64,000 nt of DNA from an uncultured delta proteobacterium. GTDB lineage: Bacteria; Myxococcota_A; Polyangia; Polyangiales; Houyiibacteriaceae. Numbering within the stretch: position 1 is the stretch's first letter; each line of letters starts with the position of its first letter. The stretch spans positions 330,425 to 394,424 of the forward strand of contig CAWFPD010000004.1 of NCBI GenBank assembly GCA_963817725.1, read 5' to 3'. The translations under genes and the position numbers were made by a program. Shown one piece after another: positions 24,425 through 33,512 of the stretch. The notes beneath the pieces were generated by a model that ran no database searches, was not told the origin of the DNA, and worked only from the letters and a program-made list of their open reading frames with translations.

Positions 24425-25381
24425 ATGGGCAGACCGACGACTTCCTCGCCTGAGCGACCCGTAGCCTCCGGCGTCCATAGCTTGGGATATTTTCTCTTCG
24501 AGGTGTCGGATCTCGACGCGTGGGATCGCTTCTTGACGAAGGTAGTCGGCGTCGAGCGGGGTGCAGAGCTAGGTGAGGGGCTGATTCCGTATCGAACCGA
24601 CGAGCGCGCTGCGCGAATCCTGCTGCAAGAGGGTCCAGCCGACGACTTGATCGCTTTGGGCTTCGAGATGACCAGTGAACCCGCCTTGCACGGTCTTGCA
24701 GAACGCATTCGAGAGGCAGGTCATCCGGTCGCGACGCTTTCGAGCGAGCAGGCAAAGGCGCGGGGCGTCTCAGGCTCGTTCCGCACAGTCGAGCCCGGCG
24801 GAGTCGCCATCGAGCTCTGCCACGGGCCGTTGGCCGCCGACACGCCGTTCCAACGAAAATTGGTCAAGGCGGGTTTCATCACGGGAGAGCAAGGCATCGG
24901 CCATCTCGCGCTTCGCGCTGATGACGTCGCGCGGACTCGGTCGTATTTCGAGGAGTTGCTGAGCTTTAGCCTGAGCGACCAGATCCGCTGCACCCTCCCC
25001 GGCAACTTCGAGGTGGATGTCACGTTTCTACACGTCAATCCTCGGCATCACACGGTGGCGCTCGGCTCGGGGATTCCAAAGCACCTTCATCACTTCATGC
25101 TGCAGATGAGCTCGCTCGACGACGTGGGGGCTGCGCTCGACCGGGCGTTCAGCCACGAGGTGAGGATCGTTCAGGGACTGGGCCGGCACCCCAACGATCA
25201 GATGGTGAGCTTTTACTGTGTCACGCCTTCAGGCTTCGAATGCGAGCTCGGCTGGGGCGGACGCACCGTGGACGAGTCCAGGTGGAACCCGGTGACATAT
25301 GACCGAATCAGCGATTGGGGCCACCAGTCTCCGTACCGAAGGCCGCCGAAGCAAAAAGTCGAAATGGGAGAACGAACATGA
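24425..25381 (+). CDS. Type I extradiol ring-cleavage dioxygenase (BphC/HsaC-like, VOC superfamily)
   Basis: Shows SLGYFLFEVSDLDAWDRFL...GEQGIGHLALR...FLHVNPRHHTVAL...HLHHFMLQMSSLDDVG...GRHPNDQMVSFY. This is collinear with 2,3-dihydroxybiphenyl 1,2-dioxygenases. Confidence 0.85.
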   Translation: MGRPTTSSPERPVASGVHSLGYFLFEVSDLDAWDRFLTKVVGVERGAELGEGLIPYRTDERAARILLQEGPADDLIALGFEMTSEPALHGLAERIREAGHPVATLSSEQAKARGVSGSFRTVEPGGVAIELCHGPLAADTPFQRKLVKAGFITGEQGIGHLALRADDVARTRSYFEELLSFSLSDQIRCTLPGNFEVDVTFLHVNPRHHTVALGSGIPKHLHHFMLQMSSLDDVGAALDRAFSHEVRIVQGLGRHPNDQMVSFYCVTPSGFECELGWGGRTVDESRWNPVTYDRISDWGHQSPYRRPPKQKVEMGERT

Positions 25382-26421
25382 GTAACAAACCGCGATTTCC
25401 AATCCCCCGTTACCCGAGAGGATGGTTCCAGGTGGCGTACGCGGACGAGCTGAAGCCCGGGGACGTCATGCCGCTACGGTACTTCGGCGTCGACCTCGTC
25501 ATGTTCCGGACCGACGACGGTCAGGTGAACGTTCTCGATGCATTTTGCCCTCACATGGGCGCGCATCTAGGCCACGGGGGCAAAGTCGAAGGCGATGGAA
25601 TCGTCTGCCCGTTCCATGCATGGAAGTTCGATGGATCGGGCCGATGTACTCACGTTCCCTACGCCAAGCATCTTCCTCGCAAGGCCAACGTCACGGCCTG
25701 GCCGTCGCAGGAGGTCAACGGCGTCATCATGGTCTGGCACGACATCGAAGGCAGGGAGCCTGAGTGGGAGATCCCGGCGATCCCAGAATGGAACAACGAA
25801 GCGTGGACCCCATATTGGCGGCAGCGCTGGAAGCTGCGTACGCACAATCAAGACATGTGCGAGAACGTGGTCGACAAAGCCCACTTTCGATACGTGCATG
25901 GCATGAACATCGTCCCGCAACCGCACACCATCAAGCTCGAATACCCGCACATCAACATGATCACCGACACGGTGTACGAAACCCCGCAGGGCGTGGTGAA
26001 GGGCGAGCTCGACGTCGAGGTGCATGGCTTTGGCTTCTCGGTGAGCCGCTTCCGTGGCATCATCGAGACCACGAACATGGCTTCCGTCACGCCCATCGAT
26101 GACGAATACTGCGACGTGCGGTTTTCATTCACCGTCAAGAAGATCGGTGGCGCCGACATCACGGCTGGAGTCGGCAAGGCGTTCACCAAAGAGATCGCGC
26201 GGCAGCTCGAGGAGGACGCGCCAGTCTGGGAAAACAAGGCCTTTTTCGAGCATCCCATGCTGTGCGACGGGGACGGCCCGATCGCCGAATTTCGCAAGTG
26301 GTGTAAGCACTTCTACCCGGACTGGTACCACAAGCAGGCGCAAGACGAGTATGATGGGCTCAAGGAGGTCAGCAAGCCACCCACATTGGCCGAGCGGCGC
26401 AGGCGGCTTGCCGCAGCATAG
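25378..26421 (+). CDS. Rieske [2Fe-2S] oxygenase, second KshA-like paralogue
   Basis: The ATG overlaps the upstream stop (ATGA at 25378-25381). Motifs CPHMGAHLGHGGKVEGDGIVCPFHAWKFDGSGRC and CDGDGPIAEFRKWCKHFY. Confidence 0.8.
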   Translation: MSNKPRFPIPRYPRGWFQVAYADELKPGDVMPLRYFGVDLVMFRTDDGQVNVLDAFCPHMGAHLGHGGKVEGDGIVCPFHAWKFDGSGRCTHVPYAKHLPRKANVTAWPSQEVNGVIMVWHDIEGREPEWEIPAIPEWNNEAWTPYWRQRWKLRTHNQDMCENVVDKAHFRYVHGMNIVPQPHTIKLEYPHINMITDTVYETPQGVVKGELDVEVHGFGFSVSRFRGIIETTNMASVTPIDDEYCDVRFSFTVKKIGGADITAGVGKAFTKEIARQLEEDAPVWENKAFFEHPMLCDGDGPIAEFRKWCKHFYPDWYHKQAQDEYDGLKEVSKPPTLAERRRRLAAA

Positions 26422-26859
26422 ATGGAAAGCAGGATCGATACTCGAAGCTCCGCCGGGCTGGAGGAGATCAGCGCGCGAATCAGAAGCGAGCACGCCCAGA
26501 TCTCTGCGCTGGTCGCGCGCGTAGAAGCCCTGACCGAGCGCCTAGGAACGGCCGAGGACGAGGGCAAGACCATCATCGCGCTTCGGGAAGAGCTCCAAAG
26601 GCTCGGGACGGCCTTGCTCGAGCATCTGCACTATGAGGAATACCAACTGCCCACCTTGGCGACGGGCGGGGAGACCGGACAGGTGGCCGAAGACATGCGT
26701 CGCGAGCATCGAGCTCAGCGGGAGCTCTTCGACCGCGTGATCCAGGAGCTCGATGAGACGGCCGTCGGTGCCAAGCTCGTCGTCGGAGTGCGCGAGCTGG
26801 CGCGCGCCATCCGCGACGACATGGATCACGAAGAACGGCAGCTACTCGGCAACAGTTGA
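26422..26859 (+). CDS. Hemerythrin-like (HHE cation-binding) domain protein
   Basis: His/Glu pairs spaced as in a hemerythrin four-helix bundle (RSEHAQI, LEHLHYEE, RREHRAQ, DMDHEE). It starts immediately after the upstream TAG. Confidence 0.55.
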   Translation: MESRIDTRSSAGLEEISARIRSEHAQISALVARVEALTERLGTAEDEGKTIIALREELQRLGTALLEHLHYEEYQLPTLATGGETGQVAEDMRREHRAQRELFDRVIQELDETAVGAKLVVGVRELARAIRDDMDHEERQLLGNS

Positions 26860-26873
26860 ACTGGAGGGAAGTC

Positions 26874-27068
26874 ATGAAGCTCATGTACAACGCAGCCACG
26901 TGCAACCACTATGGCGTGTGCATCGAGGAAGCCCCCGAGGTCTTCTCGTTCGCCGAGGATGGGAGCCTCTTGATTCAAACATACGCCGTGCCGCCAGACC
27001 TCGAAGACAAGGTGCGGGACGCTTGCATGATGTGCCCCACCCAGTCGATCCAGATCGAAGATGAGTGA
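26874..27068 (+). CDS. Small single-cluster ferredoxin (3Fe-4S/4Fe-4S type)
   Basis: GGAGGGA RBS. Has a C-x5-C ... C-x2-CP pattern (CNHYGVC ... ACMMCP), as in small actinobacterial-type ferredoxins. Confidence 0.7.
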   Translation: MKLMYNAATCNHYGVCIEEAPEVFSFAEDGSLLIQTYAVPPDLEDKVRDACMMCPTQSIQIEDE

Positions 27069-27083
27069 ACGCGCGGGCCTCGG

Positions 27084-28613
27084 TTAGATTCGGCTCAAGA
27101 GCTTGCCGGTGAGCATGCGGGACGCCGCGATGATGGGCGTCATCGTGTGGCTGGAAGCGCTAGTCGGGAAACCGGAGGAATCGAAGACGTACACATCACG
27201 GGTGCCGAAGACGCAGCCGTCCAGATCGGCCCCTCCTTCCCGCTCGTCCGCGGCGAAGCGCACCGTGCCTTGCTGGTGGGCGCTGATCAAAGGAGCGGTC
27301 GCGGGCTCGAAGGTGAGCTCTCGAGCCCGCTTCGCCTCCGCTGCCGAGCGGATGACCAACGGCGGCAAGGTCGGGACTAGAACCTCCCGTGCGCCAGCCT
27401 CCAAATAGATCCGCGCGGTGCTCTCGACGGCACGACGAAGCCGCTCCTGATGGTCGCGTCGTTGCTCGTATCGAATCGTGAGACGGCCATCACCAGATAC
27501 CTGAACCCGCCCGGATGGCGCATCGGGGACGAGTAACAGCGACGCAGCCATGTGGTCGTACTGCGCCATTCCACGCATCGCCTCGGGGCCGGAGAAAGGG
27601 AGGAGGGTCGAGACGATCCCAGGCGTGCCCATGATGCCCTCGATGCGGTAACCCCAGAGCCCGAACTCGGGGTTGTCCTCTTGTTCGAACTCGGTCACCG
27701 CGTAAGACTGGGGGATCCCATCGAACGCGGCGATGCGTTCATCGAAGATGCCGATGACCGGCAACTGCGGTTGGAGCGTGAGGTTGCGGCCCACGTGCTC
27801 GTTTCCGATCCCCGAGCGCAGCAGCAGCTGGGCGGAGGCGATTGCGTTCGCCGCGACGACGACGACCTTGGCGCGGACCTTGAGCGCTTTGCCCTCGTGG
27901 TAGCCTTTAGGATCGAGTGTTCGGACCTCGATCTCCTTGATCTCCTTGTCGGCCTTGCCGATTTTGACCGCCCGCGACCTCGTGTAGATGCGCGTGCCTG
28001 CGGCGAGGGCTTTGGGCAGGGCCACCATCCGCGGGTTGCGCTTGGCTTGAATGGGACAGCCGATCAGGCACGTTCCGAGGCCCTGACAACCGACTCGGTT
28101 GTGGCGCATCACCTCACCACGCAGCCCGAGCGCGGCAGCGCCCTGACGAAGCTTGTCGTTGGCTGCGTTGACCATGCTTGCCGGAATGCGGCTGGCAGAA
28201 AGATCTCCGAGCGCATCCTCTTGGAATGGGCGAAAGCGCTCCGGCGCGAAGTCTTCCAAACCGTACTTGCTGGCCCAGTGATGGAGCACCGCATCTGGCG
28301 ATGGGACGACATCGCAGGCATTGATCACGCCTCCCCCGCCCAGCACCCTTCCCTGCAGGACACTGACCGAAAGGTCGTGTGTCGCTCTTCCGCCGCGATC
28401 CATGTAGAGCTGGTCGTACATCGCCCGGTCGCGCTGGGTGCGCTCGGGTCCGATCAGGTCCCGACCCTCCTCCAACACGACGACCTCGTGTCCGGCTTCG
28501 CTCAAGAGACGCGCCGCCGTCGCACCCCCGCAACCCGAGCCAATGATGCAGATCTCGGTCGAAACCGAGCCGGGCACAGACTGCTTGGACAAGTCGACGA
28601 CCGCCCCGCTCAT
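27084..28613 (-). CDS. GMC-family FAD oxidoreductase, second copy
   Basis: Motifs ICIIGSGCGGATAARLLSEAGHEVVVLEEG and the C-terminal VYVFDSSGFPTSASSHTMTPI. The ATG overlaps the upstream stop (28610-28613). Confidence 0.85.
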   Translation of the reverse strand: MSGAVVDLSKQSVPGSVSTEICIIGSGCGGATAARLLSEAGHEVVVLEEGRDLIGPERTQRDRAMYDQLYMDRGGRATHDLSVSVLQGRVLGGGGVINACDVVPSPDAVLHHWASKYGLEDFAPERFRPFQEDALGDLSASRIPASMVNAANDKLRQGAAALGLRGEVMRHNRVGCQGLGTCLIGCPIQAKRNPRMVALPKALAAGTRIYTRSRAVKIGKADKEIKEIEVRTLDPKGYHEGKALKVRAKVVVVAANAIASAQLLLRSGIGNEHVGRNLTLQPQLPVIGIFDERIAAFDGIPQSYAVTEFEQEDNPEFGLWGYRIEGIMGTPGIVSTLLPFSGPEAMRGMAQYDHMAASLLLVPDAPSGRVQVSGDGRLTIRYEQRRDHQERLRRAVESTARIYLEAGAREVLVPTLPPLVIRSAAEAKRARELTFEPATAPLISAHQQGTVRFAADEREGGADLDGCVFGTRDVYVFDSSGFPTSASSHTMTPIIAASRMLTGKLLSRI

Positions 28614-29185
28614 CGCGCGACTCTCCCTGGGCGGGTCAACGACGGCCCTGGGTACCCGATGTACGGCCACACCTGCTCGTGGTCGAAGTAGACCAAGTTG
28701 AAGAATTTCCGCATGGCGATGCTGACCTGCCGCCTCACCAACTTGTCACTGAGCGCCCACTCGCTCCAATGTTGCGCACGTTCGTCGGGCGCCAACCGCG
28801 AAAAGGTCGTGAGCCTTCCGTCGAACACCAAGGGACCGAACTCGATCAAAACGAGCGCCTTTTGTAGATCCTCGACATTGTGCTTGGGCTCATCGGCAAG
28901 AAAGACGTCGAAGGCGCGTGGTAGGTCCATCGAAGCCGGATCGATCGGGATCGCATCGGTCGAAGGCAACATCACCTCCACGAGGCTTTGAAGCGTCCGG
29001 TACTCGTGCGCGTCGAGCACGCGAAGGCCATCGACGGCGGGCGCACGCCCACGAAGCACCAGCAGTCCGCCACCACCCACGCCCAAGATCGCCCCACCCG
29101 CCACCAGGCTCGCCTTGAGGAAGCGGCGCCGCGAAAGAAAGCTGAAAAGACCCTCCCGTGTGGCTTCGCTCGGAGTGTCCATCAT
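28610..29185 (-). CDS. Tat-signal small subunit, second copy
   Basis: Twin-arginine signal SRRRFLKASLVAGGAILG. The ATG overlaps the upstream stop (29182-29185). Confidence 0.7.
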   Translation of the reverse strand: MMDTPSEATREGLFSFLSRRRFLKASLVAGGAILGVGGGGLLVLRGRAPAVDGLRVLDAHEYRTLQSLVEVMLPSTDAIPIDPASMDLPRAFDVFLADEPKHNVEDLQKALVLIEFGPLVFDGRLTTFSRLAPDERAQHWSEWALSDKLVRRQVSIAMRKFFNLVYFDHEQVWPYIGYPGPSLTRPGRVAR

Positions 29186-29463
29186 GCTCCGCCCTTGCGC
29201 CTCCGAGTCTCTTCGGATTCTTCGGGCGCATCTTCGTAGTCCACGCGGATACGATCTTCGCCGAGCGTGGCTATCGTTTCGAGTGCCTGCAGGCGGGCTT
29301 CCGTGTCTTTGCGGTAGGCCCGCAGCTCCGAGAGCTCTTCGCGCATTCGATCGGCCTCCTCCGCCCTTGCCAGCTTGAGCTTGTATCGAAGCCAGAACGC
29401 CCAGCCAATTAGTCCGACGACAGCCAGAGGAATTAGCAACTCGACGAGGACCGCCACGCCCAT
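29182..29463 (-). CDS. Small single-pass membrane protein with a coiled-coil tail (weak PspB-like resemblance)
   Basis: One N-terminal TM helix (VLVELLIPLAVVGLIGWAFWL) followed by a charged helical tail (ELSELRAYRKDTEARLQALETI). It is translationally coupled to the Tat-subunit gene. Confidence 0.5.
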   Translation of the reverse strand: MGVAVLVELLIPLAVVGLIGWAFWLRYKLKLARAEEADRMREELSELRAYRKDTEARLQALETIATLGEDRIRVDYEDAPEESEETRRRKGGA

Positions 29464-29532
29464 CTTGTGCCCCTCTCACGCCACGGCCGCAAGTCAATCC
29501 TGCATCGGCGTGGTATATTTGCAAAGCGTGCA

Positions 29533-31084
29533 ATGCAAGACAGGGACCATGAGCTGGCAGTATTTCGAGAGCTCCAGTCCCATCTCCGCCGCCGCTGGGC
29601 CTTGGCCGATGGCGACGGGCCCGAGCCGCGCGACATCGTCGTGGTGCCCTCGCTCTCGTTCGATGGCATCGACACGGTTTCGATCGATGGCGTGCTTCAC
29701 TACGAAGAGCGGATGCTTTTCGCGCTGAACCTCCTCAGGCATCCGCGTGCCCGCCTCGTCTACGTCACTTCTGCGCCCATTCATCCGGCGGCCGTCGACT
29801 ACATGCTCTCTCTCATCAGTGGCATCCCGAACGAGCACATGCGGGGCCGGCTGACCGTCATTTCGCTGTACGACAACTCGCTAGTACCGCTCAGCCAAAA
29901 GCTCCTTCAAAGGCCGCGCGTGATCGATCGCATTCGCCAATTGATTCGACCGGAGTGTGGGTTGATGACGTGCTTCACCGTATCGGAGTTGGAGCGTTCT
30001 CTCGCGGTCGCGCTAGGCATCCCGCTTTACGGGGTCGACCCGGATCTGCGCTGGCTCGGCACCAAGAGCGGCTCGCGCTGGGCGTTCCGCAAAGCAGGCA
30101 TCCCGATGCTTCCAGGCGTGGAGGACCTGAAGACCGAAGCCGATGTGGTAGATGCAATCGAAGGCCTGTGGACCGAATACCCCGATCTGGAGCGCATGCT
30201 CGTGAAACAAAACACGGGCTTCAGCGGTCAGGGCAACGCGATCCTCGACCTGCGGCCGCTGGCCGAGGTTTCGCCGACAAGCCCTGCGAGCCGGAACGAC
30301 CGCGTCTCCGCGCTGGTCGACGCGCTCCGCGCGATGCGCTTCGTCGACCCCCGCCAGACTTGGGACAGCTTCAAGGCGAAGCTCGAACGAGAAGGTGGAA
30401 TCGTGGAAACATTCGTCGATGCGGCGAGTAAGCGGGCTCCGAGCTGTCAGCTCCGCATTTCGCCGGAAGGAAGCCTCGATCTGATTTCCACGCACGATCA
30501 GCTCGTCGAAGGCGTGGATGGGCAGATCTATGCAGGTTGTAGATTTCCCGCCGATGCTTCCTATCGGTTAGCCATTCAACAGGACGCTCTTCGGGCCGCC
30601 AAGATTCTTCAGGACCAAGGAGCCGTCGGAAGGCTGGCGGTCGATTTCATCTGCGTCCAGGTCGATGACGGCTCATGGCGACACTACGCGATCGAAACCA
30701 ACCTTCGATTGGGTGGAACCACACACCCGATGATGCTCTTGCGGATGATGACCGACGGTCGATACGACCCGAGCACCGGCCTCTACCTCACGCCAAGGGG
30801 CGAGCCTGCAATTTTACGTCGCCACCGATTCGATGTGCTCCGACAGCTATCGGGGCCTGCTGCTCGAAGACCTGCTGGACATCGCTGCAGTGAATGGCTT
30901 GCACTACCAAGCGTGGTGCGAATCGGGGGTGCTCTTCCATTTTACCGGAGCGTTGAGTGAGTTCGGAAAGCTCGGGATCACCGCGGTGGGCAAAAGCTCG
31001 GCCGAGGCGGATCGCTGGTTCGAGCAAACCAAGCGCGTGCTAGACCGGGAAACCAGGGGCGCGAATTGTACATCGACGAGCTAA
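29533..31084 (+). pseudogene. PGM1-like ATP-grasp peptide/carboxylate-amine ligase, interrupted by a +1 frame change near 30808-30812
   Basis: The homology-bearing frame (VVVPSLSFDGIDTVSIDGVLHYEERMLFALNLLRHPRARLVYVTS...) runs to ...LTPRGEPA. It then continues in the +1 frame as FYVATDSMCSDSYRGLLLEDLLDIAAVNGLHY...FHFTGALSEFGKLGITAVG and ends at 31084. This is either a true frameshift or a sequencing error in the T-run. Confidence 0.6.
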
Positions 31085-31935
31085 AACCTGGTTTGAGACG
31101 GTTATCGTCATCCGCGGATTGGCCGCGGCCCCACGTGGGGATTTGCGGAGCCGTGCACGGCAACGAGCCCTGCGGCGCGGATGCGATCCAGCGGCTCACT
31201 CGCAACTTCGAAGAAGGCCAGTTGGTGCCGGCCGGCGGAACCGTATTCTTGATTCTCGCGAACCCCGCGGCGACCTCGCAGCGGCGTCGGTATACGCCAG
31301 GCGGAGCAGATCTAAACCGCCTTTGGGATTTCGCGTTCGTCGACACGCTGCGGGAGGACGCGTGGGGATACGAGCATCGCCGCGCCCTCGAGCTGAAGGA
31401 GACGCTTGGCGATCTCGACGTTTTCTTGGACCTCCATTCCGCAGCCACGGCGACCCCTCCATTCGGCGTGAGCAATGGGGAGGCTCCCATCGACGAAATC
31501 GCCAAGCACGTTGGGATCTCCTATCTCGTCGAGTCTTGGTACGGCTTGGCCGACAAGGTCATCATCGGATTCCTGAAGTTATCCGGTGTGCCGGCTCTCT
31601 CGGTCGAGTGCGGCTCACACGACGACCCCGAGATTTCGGACAAGGCCTACCAGATTGCCACGAGCTTCCTGCGCGCAACCGGAGCAATCGACGATGACGA
31701 GGAGCTCGCCGGCAACGACGTGCAGACGGTGCACGTCGTCGAAAGGATCACCAAGCCGAGCCACGAATTCAGCTTCGGCTCTCCATGGACTGGCTTCCAA
31801 CTGCTCGAGCCCGGTGCGCTCATCGGTCGAGACCGCGTGACCGAGATTCGGGTCAACCGACGTTGTTACGCCGTGCTTCCAAACGAGCACGTCGAGGTCG
31901 GAGACGACGTGATCTATCTGGCCGTGGATGCATAG
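31066..31935 (+). CDS. Succinylglutamate desuccinylase/aspartoacylase-family zinc deacylase
   Basis: Motifs ICGAVHGNEPCG, ADLNRLW and DLHS. TTG start, overlapping the +1-frame end of the upstream ligase gene. Confidence 0.7.
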   Translation: MYIDELKPGLRRLSSSADWPRPHVGICGAVHGNEPCGADAIQRLTRNFEEGQLVPAGGTVFLILANPAATSQRRRYTPGGADLNRLWDFAFVDTLREDAWGYEHRRALELKETLGDLDVFLDLHSAATATPPFGVSNGEAPIDEIAKHVGISYLVESWYGLADKVIIGFLKLSGVPALSVECGSHDDPEISDKAYQIATSFLRATGAIDDDEELAGNDVQTVHVVERITKPSHEFSFGSPWTGFQLLEPGALIGRDRVTEIRVNRRCYAVLPNEHVEVGDDVIYLAVDA

Positions 31936-31993
31936 TCGGTGACGCTGTCACTGACGCCGACACTGGCGCTGGTGCTGTCACTGTCGCCGCCGC
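31936..31993. repeat. Hexamer-periodic intergenic repeat (CTGNNN-like units), copy A
   Basis: Fills the gap between two convergent stop codons. It contains CACTGACGCCGACACTGGCGCTGG (31949-31972), identical to 42317-42340. Confidence 0.8.
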
Positions 31994-33505
31994 TCACTCG
32001 ACCAGATCGAAACGGATCGTTTTGCGGTCACCTGCGCGCAAACGAATCGTTCGACTCGCGGTAGGTTCCCCCTGGCCAGCGCTAATCTTATACCTGCCCG
32101 GTTTGAGCGTTGCGCGCTTGAGGGGCGCGGCGCCTTGGGGCTTTCCGTTGATCCAAACATTCCCCCAGGGAGAGACCAGCACCGTGAGATGTGCCGGGGC
32201 GGCCGGTGCTGCGGCGGGCGAAGTGGCGTCCCCGCTCGATTCGGATCGACGAGCGGCGGCGCTCGCGACGCTCGCGTCTGCAGGATTCGGAGCGATGGTC
32301 TGGACGGTCGTGTCTACCCCTCGGTTGGCTGAGCTCACGACGCCGCTAAGGCTATTTTTCTCCTCCGTCTCTTCAGGCGGCGTTTGGCCCTTCCGACGTG
32401 ACCACAACGCGAATGCGCCCGCGGTGCCACCGAGCGCGAGCAGCAGCCAGGAGGCCTTCTTGCCAAGCTCGCGCCTCGACCAATGGTTCGACTGCGGCTC
32501 CTCGGCCCCGCTAGAAATGTGCACGGACGGTGCCGGTGAAGGCTCTACGCTGCGATCGGCGCCCCGCGCCATGTAGCCCGGCGTGGCCACCACCATCTTG
32601 CCCAACTTCCGGCGCGCATTGGGTGGTGGGACAAACGCCTCGAGCTGCTCGACCAACGCACCCGCGCTTGGCGGCCGCCGCTCGCGGTGGGGGGCGATCA
32701 GCCTCTCGACGATCGCACACAGCCCTTCCGGCGTATCGGGTGCAAGCTCGCGCAGCGCGGGATGATCGCCCTCGACGATCAACATGATGGTCGCGGGATC
32801 GTGAGCACCCTCGTACGGACGGCGCCCGGCCAACGCTTCATAGAGGACGACACCCAGCGAAAACAGGTCGGAACGGGCATCGAGCGGCTCGTCGCGAAGC
32901 CGCTCGGGTGCCATATAGGGGAATTTCCCTTTGACGGTGCTTTGACGCGAGCCCTCCACCGCCACGTTGGCCAAGCCAAAGTCGGTGAGCTTGATCTCGC
33001 CATACCGGCTGATGAGAACGTTCGATGGCGAGATGTCCCGATGGAGGATCCCGCCCGCACCGAGGCCGTCGGTACCTTTGCTCGCTGTTGGATTGTGCGC
33101 ATGCTCTACGGCGGCGGCTAACTCGTAGCCGAGCAGGGCCACGTGAGCCGGCGATAGTTTCCTGCGTGCGTCCAACAATTTCCGGAGATCCACCCCCTCC
33201 ACGAGCTCGAGCGCCATATAGAGCGTTCCCTCGACCTCGCCGAAGTCGATGACCCCCACGATGTTGCTGTGGTGCAACTTCGCGGCAAGCCTCGCCTCCC
33301 GCTCGAAGAGTTGAATCGATATCGCATCCTCGCGAAATGCGGGGCGCACGAGCTTGAGACACACATGCTGCGAAAAACCGCTCCGGCCATAGCGAATCGC
33401 TTCGAACGTCTCGGCCATACCACCCAAGCCCAGCCGGCGTACGATCCGATAGGGTCCGAAGTCTTGAGCGGTGATATCGCCGGGGGATGTGTCCAAGCCG
33501 ACCAT
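31994..33505 (-). CDS. Ser/Thr protein kinase with a TM segment and a C-terminal PEGA-like domain
   Basis: Hanks motifs (GLGGMAETFEA, HRDISPSNVLI, DFGLA, YMAPE). The C-terminus reads LTVLVSPWGNVWINGKPQGAAPL...LKPGRYKISA. Confidence 0.85.
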   Translation of the reverse strand: MVGLDTSPGDITAQDFGPYRIVRRLGLGGMAETFEAIRYGRSGFSQHVCLKLVRPAFREDAISIQLFEREARLAAKLHHSNIVGVIDFGEVEGTLYMALELVEGVDLRKLLDARRKLSPAHVALLGYELAAAVEHAHNPTASKGTDGLGAGGILHRDISPSNVLISRYGEIKLTDFGLANVAVEGSRQSTVKGKFPYMAPERLRDEPLDARSDLFSLGVVLYEALAGRRPYEGAHDPATIMLIVEGDHPALRELAPDTPEGLCAIVERLIAPHRERRPPSAGALVEQLEAFVPPPNARRKLGKMVVATPGYMARGADRSVEPSPAPSVHISSGAEEPQSNHWSRRELGKKASWLLLALGGTAGAFALWSRRKGQTPPEETEEKNSLSGVVSSANRGVDTTVQTIAPNPADASVASAAARRSESSGDATSPAAAPAAPAHLTVLVSPWGNVWINGKPQGAAPLKRATLKPGRYKISAGQGEPTASRTIRLRAGDRKTIRFDLVE

Positions 33506-33512
33506 CTGTGCG

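Noticed and set aside
29519-29533. TTGCA-N5-TGCAA palindrome overlapping the start of the PGM1-like gene
   Set aside because: The arms are only 5 bp and the sequence partly lies in the start codon. It is too weak to call.
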